DNA of 64,000 bases from Candidatus Micrarchaeia archaeon (GTDB lineage Archaea > Micrarchaeota > Micrarchaeia > Anstonellales > Anstonellaceae). Location: the NCBI GenBank assembly GCA_041659465.1, contig JBAZYD010000002.1, positions 30,253 through 94,252 of the forward strand, read 5' to 3'. The notes beneath the pieces were generated by a model. It saw nothing but the letters and a program-made list of their open reading frames with translations. It had not been told where the DNA came from and did no database searches. A program made the translations under genes and the position numbers. Each line of letters opens with the position of its first letter. Positions within the stretch are counted from its first letter, which is position 1. Shown one piece after another: positions 43,573 to 53,751 of the stretch.

Positions 43573-44265
43573 ATGGCAACCCTTGACAACTCCATAACCG
43601 CGCACATGGAAATTGCGGGCGAGCGCTTCGAGGTGATGGTCGACCCGGACCTCGCGCTTGCATACCGCTTGGGGCAGAAAAAGGAGCTCAACAACGTGCT
43701 CACGGTGGAGGAAGTCTTCAAGAACTTCCGCAAGGGTGAGCGGCACACCACAAGCTCGCTCCAGAAGGCGTTCGGAACCACCGACGTGTTCGCAATCGCG
43801 GAGAGAATAGTGAAGAACGGGGAGCTGGCGCTCACCACCGAGCAGAAAAGGAAGATGCTGGAGGAGAAGCGCAAGCAGATTGTCGCGATACTGATGCGCG
43901 AGTGCATCGACCCGAGGACCGGCGCGCCGCACACGCAGCTCCGTTTGGAGCAGTCCATGGACGCGGCGCGCGTGCACATCGACGGCTTCAAGGACGCCGC
44001 CTCGCAAATCGAGGAAGTGATGAAGGCGCTGCGCCCCATCATCCCGCTGAAAGTGGAGAAGGCCCGCGTGGCGGTGAAGATTCCGCCCGAGCACGCGCAG
44101 AGGGTTTACGGCACCCTCAAGGGATATGGCATACAGAAGGAGGAATGGGCGCGCGACGGCAGCCTCATCGTAGTCCTTGAGATGCCCGCCGGCATGCAGG
44201 GGGAGTTCTACGACAAGATAAACCGCGCAACCGCGGGAGCCGCGGAAACGAAGCTGATGAAGTAA
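43573..44265 (+). CDS. SBDS-family ribosome maturation protein
   Basis: FEVMVDPDLALAYRLG...EEVF..F.KGERHTTSSLQKAFGTTD is typical of archaeal SBDS. Conserved position after psmA. Confidence 0.85.
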   Translation: MATLDNSITAHMEIAGERFEVMVDPDLALAYRLGQKKELNNVLTVEEVFKNFRKGERHTTSSLQKAFGTTDVFAIAERIVKNGELALTTEQKRKMLEEKRKQIVAILMRECIDPRTGAPHTQLRLEQSMDAARVHIDGFKDAASQIEEVMKALRPIIPLKVEKARVAVKIPPEHAQRVYGTLKGYGIQKEEWARDGSLIVVLEMPAGMQGEFYDKINRATAGAAETKLMK

Positions 44266-44322
44266 GCTGCATTGATGAAGCAAATTATGTTGATAGCGCA
44301 ATTCGCATTTACCGGTGATAAA

Positions 44323-44931
44323 ATGGACAAAAGCAGAATAGTGATGCCTGGCGAGATGGTGGCGCCGACCCCCGAGAGGATAAGCTACGCATTCGTGGAC
44401 AAGGGCAAGACCTACTCCACGGTGGTGGGGCTTTACTCGGAAGGGAAGCTGGTGCCGCTCGAGGGCCCGTACGAGCCGCTTCCCGACGACATGATAGTCG
44501 GGATAGTCTCCGAGGTCCGCTTCTCAGGATACAGTGTGGACACCAACTCCGCATACGCGGCATTCCTGTCCTCGCGCGAAATCCGCGAGAGGTATGACAT
44601 GGGCGACGCCATCTTCGCGCGCATACAAAAGACGGACGAGACGAGGAGCATAGAGCTTGGCGAGGCGAAAAAGCTCCCCGAGGGGAGGCTGGTCCGCGTC
44701 TCCGCGGTGAAAATCCCGAGAATCATCGGGAAGAAGAACTCCATGGTGGACATGATACGCGCCAACACCGGCTGCGAGGTAATCGCAGGCAGGAACGGCT
44801 ATGTGTGGATAACTGGCAAGGGCGACTCGAACCTCGCAGAGAAGGCCATACGCATGATTGAGGCGCAGGCGCACACGCACGGGCTTACCGACCGCGTGGC
44901 GGCATACCTCAAGTCGCAGAAGAAGGCTTAG
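44323..44931 (+). CDS. rrp4: exosome complex RNA-binding protein Rrp4
   Basis: N-terminal domain plus S1 and KH (IIGKKNSMVDMIRANTGCEVIAGRNG). GGTGAT SD. Confidence 0.85.
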   Translation: MDKSRIVMPGEMVAPTPERISYAFVDKGKTYSTVVGLYSEGKLVPLEGPYEPLPDDMIVGIVSEVRFSGYSVDTNSAYAAFLSSREIRERYDMGDAIFARIQKTDETRSIELGEAKKLPEGRLVRVSAVKIPRIIGKKNSMVDMIRANTGCEVIAGRNGYVWITGKGDSNLAEKAIRMIEAQAHTHGLTDRVAAYLKSQKKA

Positions 44932-44972
44932 ATGATGCTTGAAAGACTGGATAACATTTAAACGGTGATAAA

Positions 44973-45725
44973 ATGGGTGGACAAGGAGAAAAACCGGCAC
45001 TTTTGGTGAACGGCAAGCGAGTCGACGGCAGGGGCGTGGGGGATGTGCGCCCAATGAAGATAGTCGCGCGCGTGCTCAACGATGCGGAAGGCTCCGCATA
45101 CATCGAATGGGGCAAGAACAAGATACTTGCGGGCGTGTACGGGCCGCGCGAATGCATCCCGCGGCACGACCAGTCGCTTTACCGCGCGGTCGTGAAGTGC
45201 CGCTACAACATGGCGCCCTTCTCAGGGGCGGAGGAGCACGGAAGGAGCGGCCCCAATAGGAGGAGCAAGGAGCTCTCCAAGGTCATCAAGGAAGCATTTG
45301 AAAACGTGATAATCTCCGAGAACTTCCCCAAGACCGAGATTTCGATTTTCGTGGAGGTTCTGCAGTCCGACGGAGGGACGCGCTGCGCGGCTGTCACTGC
45401 AGCGGCAGTGGCGCTTGCGGATGCGGGCATCCCCATGAAGGACCTCATCGGCGCTGTCGCAGTCTGCAAGATAGACGGCCAGATGGCCGTGGACCCTGGC
45501 AAGGAGGAGGACAACTTCGGCGAATCAGACATGCCGATTGCATTCTCCCCGCGAACAGGCGAGGTGCTGCTTTTCCAGATGGACGGAAACCTCACGCGCG
45601 AGGAGCTCGCGCAAGGCCTTGAGCTTGCGAAGAACGCATCGGCCAAGATACGCGAGGTCCAGATGGAGGCAATCAAGAAGGTTTACGACGAGCCGAAGGA
45701 GGACAGGTTCCTCCTTATCGGCTGA
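44973..45725 (+). CDS. rrp41: exosome complex exonuclease Rrp41 (RNase PH)
   Basis: RVDGRGVGDVRPM, EGSAYIEWG and SDGGTRCAAVTAA are RNase PH motifs. GGTGAT SD. Confidence 0.9.
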   Translation: MGGQGEKPALLVNGKRVDGRGVGDVRPMKIVARVLNDAEGSAYIEWGKNKILAGVYGPRECIPRHDQSLYRAVVKCRYNMAPFSGAEEHGRSGPNRRSKELSKVIKEAFENVIISENFPKTEISIFVEVLQSDGGTRCAAVTAAAVALADAGIPMKDLIGAVAVCKIDGQMAVDPGKEEDNFGESDMPIAFSPRTGEVLLFQMDGNLTREELAQGLELAKNASAKIREVQMEAIKKVYDEPKEDRFLLIG

Positions 45726-45737
45726 AAAGGTGCTATT

Positions 45738-46514
45738 ATGGAATCCATGAACGAAATAAAACGCGACACGCTCGGAGCGCTCATCTCGCAGGGCAAGCGC
45801 GGCGACGGGCGCGAGATGATGGAGTACAGGAAAATCAATGTGCAGAGCGGCATATTGCAGAACCCCGAAGGCTCGGCGCTTGTCTCCATCGGCAAGAGCC
45901 AGGTGATGGCGGGCATAAAGTTCGACGTCGCAAAGCCTTTCCCAGACCGGCCCAAGGAGGGCGTGCTTTCCACGTCTGCAGACCTATTGCCGCTTGCATC
46001 CCACCTGTTCGAGACAGGCCCGCCATCCGACGAGGCAATCGAGCTTGCGCGCGTGGTGGACAGGGGAATCCGGAGCGCGAACATCATCGACCTCAACTCG
46101 TTCTATCTTGACGAGGAAAAGGTGCTGGCTGTCTACATCGACATCTTCATCCTCGACCACGACGGCAACCTGATAGACACTGCGGCGCTTGCCGCAATGG
46201 GCGCGCTTTTGTCCGCGCGCATGCCAAAGGTGGAGGAAGGGAAAATCATCCGCGGCGAGTTTACCGGCAAGGTGCCCATAAAGGAAAAGGTGGTCACCTG
46301 CACGTTCGGGAAACTGGGCGACAAGGCGTTCCTCGACCCCTCGCTTGACGAGGAGAAGGGCATGGACTGCCGCCTCACGCTTGCCACCACGCCAAACCAT
46401 CTCTGCGCTGCGCAGAAGGGAGGCTGGGGGTCGGTGAGCGAGAAGGAAATCATGGACCTGTTCGATATTTCGCTTGAGAAGGGCAAGAAGCTTCGCGCCC
46501 TGCTCGGCGACTAA
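45738..46514 (+). CDS. rrp42: exosome complex component Rrp42
   Basis: RGDGREMMEYR, EGSALVSIG and DGNLIDTAALAAM indicate an RNase PH-like inactive subunit. Confidence 0.85.
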   Translation: MESMNEIKRDTLGALISQGKRGDGREMMEYRKINVQSGILQNPEGSALVSIGKSQVMAGIKFDVAKPFPDRPKEGVLSTSADLLPLASHLFETGPPSDEAIELARVVDRGIRSANIIDLNSFYLDEEKVLAVYIDIFILDHDGNLIDTAALAAMGALLSARMPKVEEGKIIRGEFTGKVPIKEKVVTCTFGKLGDKAFLDPSLDEEKGMDCRLTLATTPNHLCAAQKGGWGSVSEKEIMDLFDISLEKGKKLRALLGD

Positions 46515-46525
46515 GGTGATTTTGT

Positions 46526-46765
46526 ATGTCAAAAAGAGACGTAAGATCCGGCGCAGAGCTGCGCAAGCGCGCAGACCGCATGGACACGCTGAAGCGCACG
46601 CTTTTCGAATGCGGCGCGTGCGGCAAGAAGAAGGTGAAGCGCAAGGGCAACTCCCTATGGGAATGCAAGGCCTGCGGCGCTGTTTTCGCCGGCGGCACGT
46701 ATTCGCTTTCCACCCCGTCCGGGGATGTGGCTGCGCGCCTGATAAAGGAATACAAGACGAGGTAA
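46526..46765 (+). CDS. rpl37ae: ribosomal protein L37Ae (eL43)
   Basis: C4 zinc ribbon CGACG...WECKACG. GGTGAT SD. Confidence 0.9.
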   Translation: MSKRDVRSGAELRKRADRMDTLKRTLFECGACGKKKVKRKGNSLWECKACGAVFAGGTYSLSTPSGDVAARLIKEYKTR

Positions 46766-46768
46766 TGG

Positions 46769-46900
46769 AATGTACGTTTGCCCAAAATGCAAGAAAAGGA
46801 TAGAGTCGCTCGACTCCAAGTCCACCCGCTGCCCGCACTGCGCGCACCGCGTGCTCTACAAGGTGCGCGAGCCGCTCGCGCGCGAAGTCAAGACGGACTA
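46769..46900 (+). CDS. rpoP: RNA polymerase subunit P (Rpo12)
   Basis: 43-aa ORF, below the track cutoff: MYVCPKCKKRIESLDSKSTRCPHCAHRVLYKVREP. CxxC...CxxC followed by RVLYK. Conserved position after L37Ae. Confidence 0.8.
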
Positions 46901-46993
46901 GGTTAAGCAAGCAGGAGGCTGGGAAAGTGCGCGCTCCGGCGCGGAAAGGCAGACCGGGAAGCACCCCTGCTTTCGCAATTGGCTGGTGTGCTG

Positions 46994-47248
46994 ATGGAAA
47001 AGGGGAAAGTGTCAGGTAGCGCAGTGCTTTGCCTCACCTTCCCATCCAAAAAGCCCGCCAAGGCGGCGTACGATGCGCTCCTTGCCGAGGCCGACTTTTC
47101 CCACCGGGGGGGCTCGCGCGTCATCCTGGGCGGGAAAACCGTGCGCGTGGAGATACAGGCGGACGACCCGGTGTCGCTTCGCGCCTCGCTCAACTCGTAC
47201 CTGCGGCTCATGCACATTATTAAATCTGTGGAGGAAAACACAGAATGA
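46994..47248 (+). CDS. pcc1: KEOPS subunit Pcc1-like
   Basis: ADDPVSLRASLNSYLRLMHIIKSV matches the Pcc1 C-terminal helix pattern. Conserved superoperon position before prefoldin beta. Confidence 0.65.
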   Translation: MEKGKVSGSAVLCLTFPSKKPAKAAYDALLAEADFSHRGGSRVILGGKTVRVEIQADDPVSLRASLNSYLRLMHIIKSVEENTE

Positions 47249-47279
47249 AACGGCTGACGGATGAAAAGGGGGGATATTT

Positions 47280-47636
47280 ATGGCAGGAGAGCTTCGCAAT
47301 GCTGACGAGCTCCAGAAAAAGCTCGCCGAGTTCCAGGATTTGCAGCGCCAGCTCCAGATGGTGTCGGGGCAAAAGCAGCAGCTCGTCATGCAGGTCGAGG
47401 AAATCAAGATGGCCGAGACCGAGCTTGCAGGCTCGGACAAGACGGTTTACCGCTACGTTGGCCCTCTCCTCATCGAGACAACCAAGACCGACGCCTCCAC
47501 CGACCTGAAGGACAAGCGCGAGCTGTTCGAGATGCGCGTGAGCGTGCTTGAGAAGCAGGAGACGAAGATGCGCCCCAAGTACGACGAATTGAGGAACGAG
47601 CTTGAGAAGGCCCTGAAGGAAGGAAAGCTCAGGTAA
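47280..47636 (+). CDS. pfdB: prefoldin beta subunit
   Basis: 118-aa coiled-coil / beta-hairpin / coiled-coil (VYRYVGPLLIETTK). GGGGGAT SD. Confidence 0.85.
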   Translation: MAGELRNADELQKKLAEFQDLQRQLQMVSGQKQQLVMQVEEIKMAETELAGSDKTVYRYVGPLLIETTKTDASTDLKDKRELFEMRVSVLEKQETKMRPKYDELRNELEKALKEGKLR

Positions 47637-47639
47637 AGC

Positions 47640-49277
47640 TCATCTGCGGCAGCCAACATCAAAAATGCTCAGTGGAACTTCCTTTTTCTTTGCAAGCTGC
47701 CCGTTCGCCCATTCGAGAAGCATTTGCTTTGCCCTGTTGAACTCATCTTTTCCGACCACGGTGTTTCCGATGGCATATGCCAGGTTCTTGGCATTGAAGC
47801 AGAACATGGATGACCGCACGTTTTCGCAATTGTGGAGGTAATACGAGTCGCTGCACGATTTTGAGCTGTCCACCTCGAAGCACCTGTTCAGGTTCTCAGA
47901 GTAATAGCAGTTGATGCAGAAAAAGCATTCGAACGCCATGGACGAGCCGAATATGCAGTCTCCCTTCCTCGGCCAGAACGAGTACGCGGTGTTCTTGGTG
48001 AATGACGCGCCGGGCGAGCGGTAGGCGTTCATGGACTGGTACTGCGTGGAGCATTCCGTGACATTGATGTTTTCCCCGAAGAAAAATTCAGGCGACAGGT
48101 ATGCGATTTTGGAAATTCCCTCTGAAATGGAGGAAAACGACAGCTTTTCCGCCTCTTCGGGCGTCAGGCTTAGGCGGCTGCCCATATATTCCGCCTCGAG
48201 CATGGTGACCAGCCTGTGCCGCGGATAGATGAGGTAATTGGAATAATCCGCAAGCAGCATGTGCTTGCCGCTTATGATGGACTTCCCCACCTCCATCTTC
48301 AGGACGTGCTTCCTCAGCCATGGCGAGTATGCGTCAATCCCTTCCAGCCTCTTTCCAAACAGCATCTCGGTAGTGTTTCCGAAAATCGCCTCTATCTTTG
48401 CCAAGTCAGGCTTGGCTGCTTTTTCCAATTTCTTAAGCTCAGGCAATATCTTCCCGTAGCCATGCCCCTTGCAGCCTCCCACGATTTCCACCAAGGAGGG
48501 CAGCGAATGTTTTTTGGAGAGCCGCTCCGCCATTTCAGCCACCAGCCCCTGCTTTATGGACAAATACTTTTCCTTTGGAAGCTCAAGGTTGCCAATGGCA
48601 TATCTTTTACCCCTCACATTGAAGCAGAACATGCAGTTCGAGGAATCCAGCACGCCGTTGACATAATAGCAGTCCGAGCTTGTCTGGGACTTCCACGCCT
48701 CAAGGCAGCGCATGAGCTTGTAGCATTCAAAGCCCCTTATCAGGAAATTCGAGACGCCTGTCCCGTCCGAGCCAAAGTTGTACTCGCATTCCTTTATCCT
48801 TGCGGAGCTGCAGACATATTTCGAATCGCTTATGGCTCCAGACTCAAGGACATAATGGGAATCCTTGCAGTTCGAGCTTGCCTCTATGAAATTCGAGTTC
48901 CCAAGCACCACGTCCCCGGTGTAATACGCCCTGTCCCTTATGGCCCCCACCAGGGTGTCCACATCCTTGATTTCGTTGATGGAAAGCGCAGGGAACTTCT
49001 TGAGCTTCCAGACCTCGTCCAAAGACGCCCTTTTGGAGCCTTCGCAGTAATCCGTTACGAAATATGTGATGTCCTTGCCCGTAATCGCTGACGGGGCATG
49101 TGCAAGCTTAGGATTCAGGGCAGCCAGCCAATCCTGGAAAAGGCCAAGCTCGCCAACTTCTTTGCCGAACAGCACCTTGCACGTGGTTTTCCACGCCTTG
49201 TCAAGCTCCTTGTATATTGGCGTTTCGGTTTGCACATGTTTGTTTCCCAGGAGAGCAATTTTAAACCTCCTCTCCAT
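47640..49277 (-). CDS. two-module Cys-rich protein of unknown function
   Basis: Two homologous modules, ending SSNCMFCFNVRGKRYAIGN and VRSSMFCFNAKNLAYAIGN, each preceded by short S/C/Y-rich pseudo-repeats. Start placed at MERRFKI; the track's TTG at 49310 would overlap the divergent DHH gene. Confidence 0.55.
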   Translation of the reverse strand: MERRFKIALLGNKHVQTETPIYKELDKAWKTTCKVLFGKEVGELGLFQDWLAALNPKLAHAPSAITGKDITYFVTDYCEGSKRASLDEVWKLKKFPALSINEIKDVDTLVGAIRDRAYYTGDVVLGNSNFIEASSNCKDSHYVLESGAISDSKYVCSSARIKECEYNFGSDGTGVSNFLIRGFECYKLMRCLEAWKSQTSSDCYYVNGVLDSSNCMFCFNVRGKRYAIGNLELPKEKYLSIKQGLVAEMAERLSKKHSLPSLVEIVGGCKGHGYGKILPELKKLEKAAKPDLAKIEAIFGNTTEMLFGKRLEGIDAYSPWLRKHVLKMEVGKSIISGKHMLLADYSNYLIYPRHRLVTMLEAEYMGSRLSLTPEEAEKLSFSSISEGISKIAYLSPEFFFGENINVTECSTQYQSMNAYRSPGASFTKNTAYSFWPRKGDCIFGSSMAFECFFCINCYYSENLNRCFEVDSSKSCSDSYYLHNCENVRSSMFCFNAKNLAYAIGNTVVGKDEFNRAKQMLLEWANGQLAKKKEVPLSIFDVGCRR

Positions 49278-49294
49278 TTCTTTGGCGGGAGAAA

Positions 49295-51569
<2,275 letters not shown>

Positions 51570-51626
51570 AGAATTAAAGTTCGCCAAATCGTGCGCCCAT
51601 TCGCGCGCGAGCCTGGTGATGCTCGC

Positions 51627-51697
51627 CAAATCCTTCGGATTTGTCGATTGGAGTTGTGCTTCGCACAACTGCCGACCATTTTGCCTTCGGGCAAAAT
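51627..51697 (+). other. three consecutive TTC(G)-loop hairpins immediately upstream of tRNA-Thr
   Basis: CAAATCC-TTC-GGATTTG (51627-43), AGTTGTGC-TTC-GCACAACT (51652-70), ATTTTGCC-TTCG-GGCAAAAT (51678-97). Confidence 0.45.
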
Positions 51698-51703
51698 AGT
51701 CGT

Positions 51704-51775
51704 GCCCCTGTAGCTCAGCGGTAGAGCGCGTGCATGGTAAGCACGAGGTCACGAGTTCAATCCTCGTCGGGGGCT
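51704..51775 (+). tRNA. tRNA-Thr (anticodon GGU)
   Basis: Hand-folded cloverleaf. Acceptor GCCCCUG/CGGGGGC, D arm GCUC-AGCGGUA-GAGC, anticodon arm CGUGC-AUGGUAA-GCACG, T arm ACGAG-UUCAAUC-CUCGU, discriminator U. No encoded CCA. Confidence 0.9.
51759..51775 (+). repeat. attL (AATCCTCGTCGGGGGCT, 3' end of tRNA-Thr)
   Basis: Identical to 58165-58181. Confidence 0.85.
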
Positions 51776-51827
51776 TCAAGAATTCAATTCCACTATTTTA
51801 TAAACTTAGTCGTTAAAAGCCCCTTAT

Positions 51828-52922
51828 ATGGGTGCTTTGGAGCAGCTAATCGAGCTAAAGAAGCGCACAGTCGGCGATGTGCGAATATACAAATACCTAA
51901 CTTATGGCAAGATGCTCCAAAGACTTTCGCCTGAGAAGCTTGATGTTTCCTTAAAGGACATGAAGAAAACCGTTGCACTCGCCGATAAGATAAACCGCAG
52001 CCATTATGCGGCATGGACTAAGAAGGACCTGCGCCTTCAGCTTAAGCTCATGTGGAAGCTTGCCAATGGCTATGACTTGGAGGACACCCCGAAAGAAATT
52101 CGATGGGTTAAGTGCAGCCTGGCAAGGAGAGATAGGAAGCTTCCCAAGAACCTTTTTACAGACGAGGAAATTAAGAAGATGCTCAAGGTTGCCAATCTCA
52201 GGAATAGGGCGATAATCTCCCTTCTATATGAAAGCGGGCTTAGGAACTCGGAGCTTTGCGCCCTCAAGAAGAATGATGTGGAATTCATCAAGGAAGGCGC
52301 TCGTATCCATGTGCCGGAAGGCACAAAGACAGGCTCGCGCTCGATTTTGATTATAGACAGCGAGCCGTTGCTTGCATCTTGGCTTGCATCTCATCCAATA
52401 AAGAAAGACGATGCGCCCCTCTTTGTTAGCATCCACAGCAAGAAGATAAAGCCGATGTGCAAGGAAAACATAATCAAGCTACTTAAATTGACGGCGATTG
52501 ATGCAGGGATAACGCACCGTGTTTATCCTCATCTTCTAAGGCACTCAAGCGCAACGAAGTTAGCGAAGCATCTTACAGAGGCACAGATGAAAGCCTATTT
52601 TGGTTGGGGGCAGGATAGCAGCATGGCGGCCACTTATGTGCATCTCTCAGGCAAGGACACTGACGCGGGAATTCTTACCATGCACAATAAGCCTGTGGAA
52701 AAGGAAAAGGCGGAAAATAAGCTTGAGCCTCAGATATGCAAGCGATGCGGCAAGACAAATATGCACGATGTTAAAATGTGCGGCTATTGTGGCTTGAGCT
52801 TTGACAAAAACGAGGCAAAGAGCGATAACCTCTCAATGCAAGAGGAAATGGCGAAAATGAGAAAACAGATAAAACAGCTTCTTGATGCCCAGGTGGATGA
52901 GAAGAAAAAGAAGCGGGGTTAA
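51828..52922 (+). CDS. int: tyrosine recombinase/integrase with C-terminal zinc ribbon
   Basis: ESGLRNSE (Arg I), HLLRHS (His-x-x-Arg-His), ATYVHL (Tyr), CKRC-x10-CGYC. TATA-like CTATTTTATAAAC lies ~25 nt before the ATG, so the mRNA may be leaderless. Confidence 0.9.
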   Translation: MGALEQLIELKKRTVGDVRIYKYLTYGKMLQRLSPEKLDVSLKDMKKTVALADKINRSHYAAWTKKDLRLQLKLMWKLANGYDLEDTPKEIRWVKCSLARRDRKLPKNLFTDEEIKKMLKVANLRNRAIISLLYESGLRNSELCALKKNDVEFIKEGARIHVPEGTKTGSRSILIIDSEPLLASWLASHPIKKDDAPLFVSIHSKKIKPMCKENIIKLLKLTAIDAGITHRVYPHLLRHSSATKLAKHLTEAQMKAYFGWGQDSSMAATYVHLSGKDTDAGILTMHNKPVEKEKAENKLEPQICKRCGKTNMHDVKMCGYCGLSFDKNEAKSDNLSMQEEMAKMRKQIKQLLDAQVDEKKKKRG

Positions 52923-53407
52923 AAAGTAGTTTTCGCTTTCTCCAAAATTTCTTTTTTTACGTTGGCAGGTAGATAATAGAGTGCAATCTCCTTTCCTGCT
53001 GTTTGCTCTCTCCTATTCACCCAACCGAGCATGACAAAATTATTAACAAGCCTGATAACTACGGGAAAAAAGGGGATTTGCTTTCTCTGTTTGCGGAGTT
53101 TATCGAGCGTTGCGAGTGCATCCTTCTTTTTCATTTCCCAAAGAGGGATAGAATACTCACCGACTTCTTTTTTCTTGCTATTAAAGCCGAGAATTCCCTC
53201 ATGAATGATGGTTCGCTCGACTGCGCCCTTCTCCTGGCCGAAATAAACAGCGTTGCAGGTTCGGAGATAAAGCTCGAAGGCGGGCATCGCGCTCTGACTT
53301 TTGGCGAGCTGATAAACAACAGCCTGCTCAAGAAGTGAAAGAGCCTCCCATCTAAAGGGCAATTCCTGTTTTTCCTTCTCCTTTTCTACTTCGGCGAGCC
53401 TTTGCAT
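52919..53407 (-). CDS. hypothetical protein (possible wHTH)
   Basis: 162-aa ORF divergent from the RHH-Rep operon. Its 3' end overlaps the integrase stop by 4 nt. Confidence 0.5.
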   Translation of the reverse strand: MQRLAEVEKEKEKQELPFRWEALSLLEQAVVYQLAKSQSAMPAFELYLRTCNAVYFGQEKGAVERTIIHEGILGFNSKKKEVGEYSIPLWEMKKKDALATLDKLRKQRKQIPFFPVVIRLVNNFVMLGWVNRREQTAGKEIALYYLPANVKKEILEKAKTTF

Positions 53408-53418
53408 GGGTATCTCTT

Positions 53419-53456
53419 GGTATTATGGGTTTATAAAATGTTTGCTCGCTAATACC
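53419..53456. promoter_or_regulatory. TATA box bracketed by a 7-bp inverted repeat
   Basis: GGTATTA (53419-25) ... TTTATAAAA (53430-38) ... TAATACC (53450-56), in the divergent region of the element. Confidence 0.45.
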
Positions 53457-53486
53457 ACACAATAACCAAAAATAACCCTTTGGGGG

Positions 53487-53630
53487 ATGACCATGTTTGT
53501 AGGAACGACGATTGAAGGAACTTTGCTCGAAGCAATCGAGCGCAGGACACGAATGGGCTTCACGAAATCGGCCATAATCAAGGAGGCGCTTAGGCAATAC
53601 CTAGAGCCGAAAGAGGAGGCGAGTGCATGA
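53487..53630 (+). CDS. ribbon-helix-helix (CopG-like) protein, 47 aa
   Basis: Below the track cutoff. MTMFVGTTIEGTLLEAIERRTRMGFTKSAIIKEALRQYL follows a beta-strand / helix / helix pattern. Confidence 0.55.
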   Translation: MTMFVGTTIEGTLLEAIERRTRMGFTKSAIIKEALRQYLEPKEEASA

Positions 53631-53731
53631 GCGTCATGCTTGAAATCCTGGGGGAAATCGCAGAGGAGCGCGGCTTGCAGGTCATCAAGAACGAAGATGG
53701 CACGATAACACTGAAAGAGAAGGCGGAATAA
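53627..53731 (+). CDS. 34-aa ORF overlapping the RHH stop (ATGA)
   Basis: MSVMLEILGEIAEERGLQVIKNEDGTITLKEKAE. Supported only by translational-coupling geometry. Confidence 0.3.
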   Translation: MSVMLEILGEIAEERGLQVIKNEDGTITLKEKAE

Positions 53732-53751
53732 GGAAAACGGCGGGTGGAAAA

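Noticed and set aside
45984-46964. 326-aa minus-strand ORF spanning rrp42, rpl37ae and rpoP
   Set aside because: It crosses three well-supported plus-strand genes, including two zinc-ribbon proteins, and is therefore a shadow ORF.
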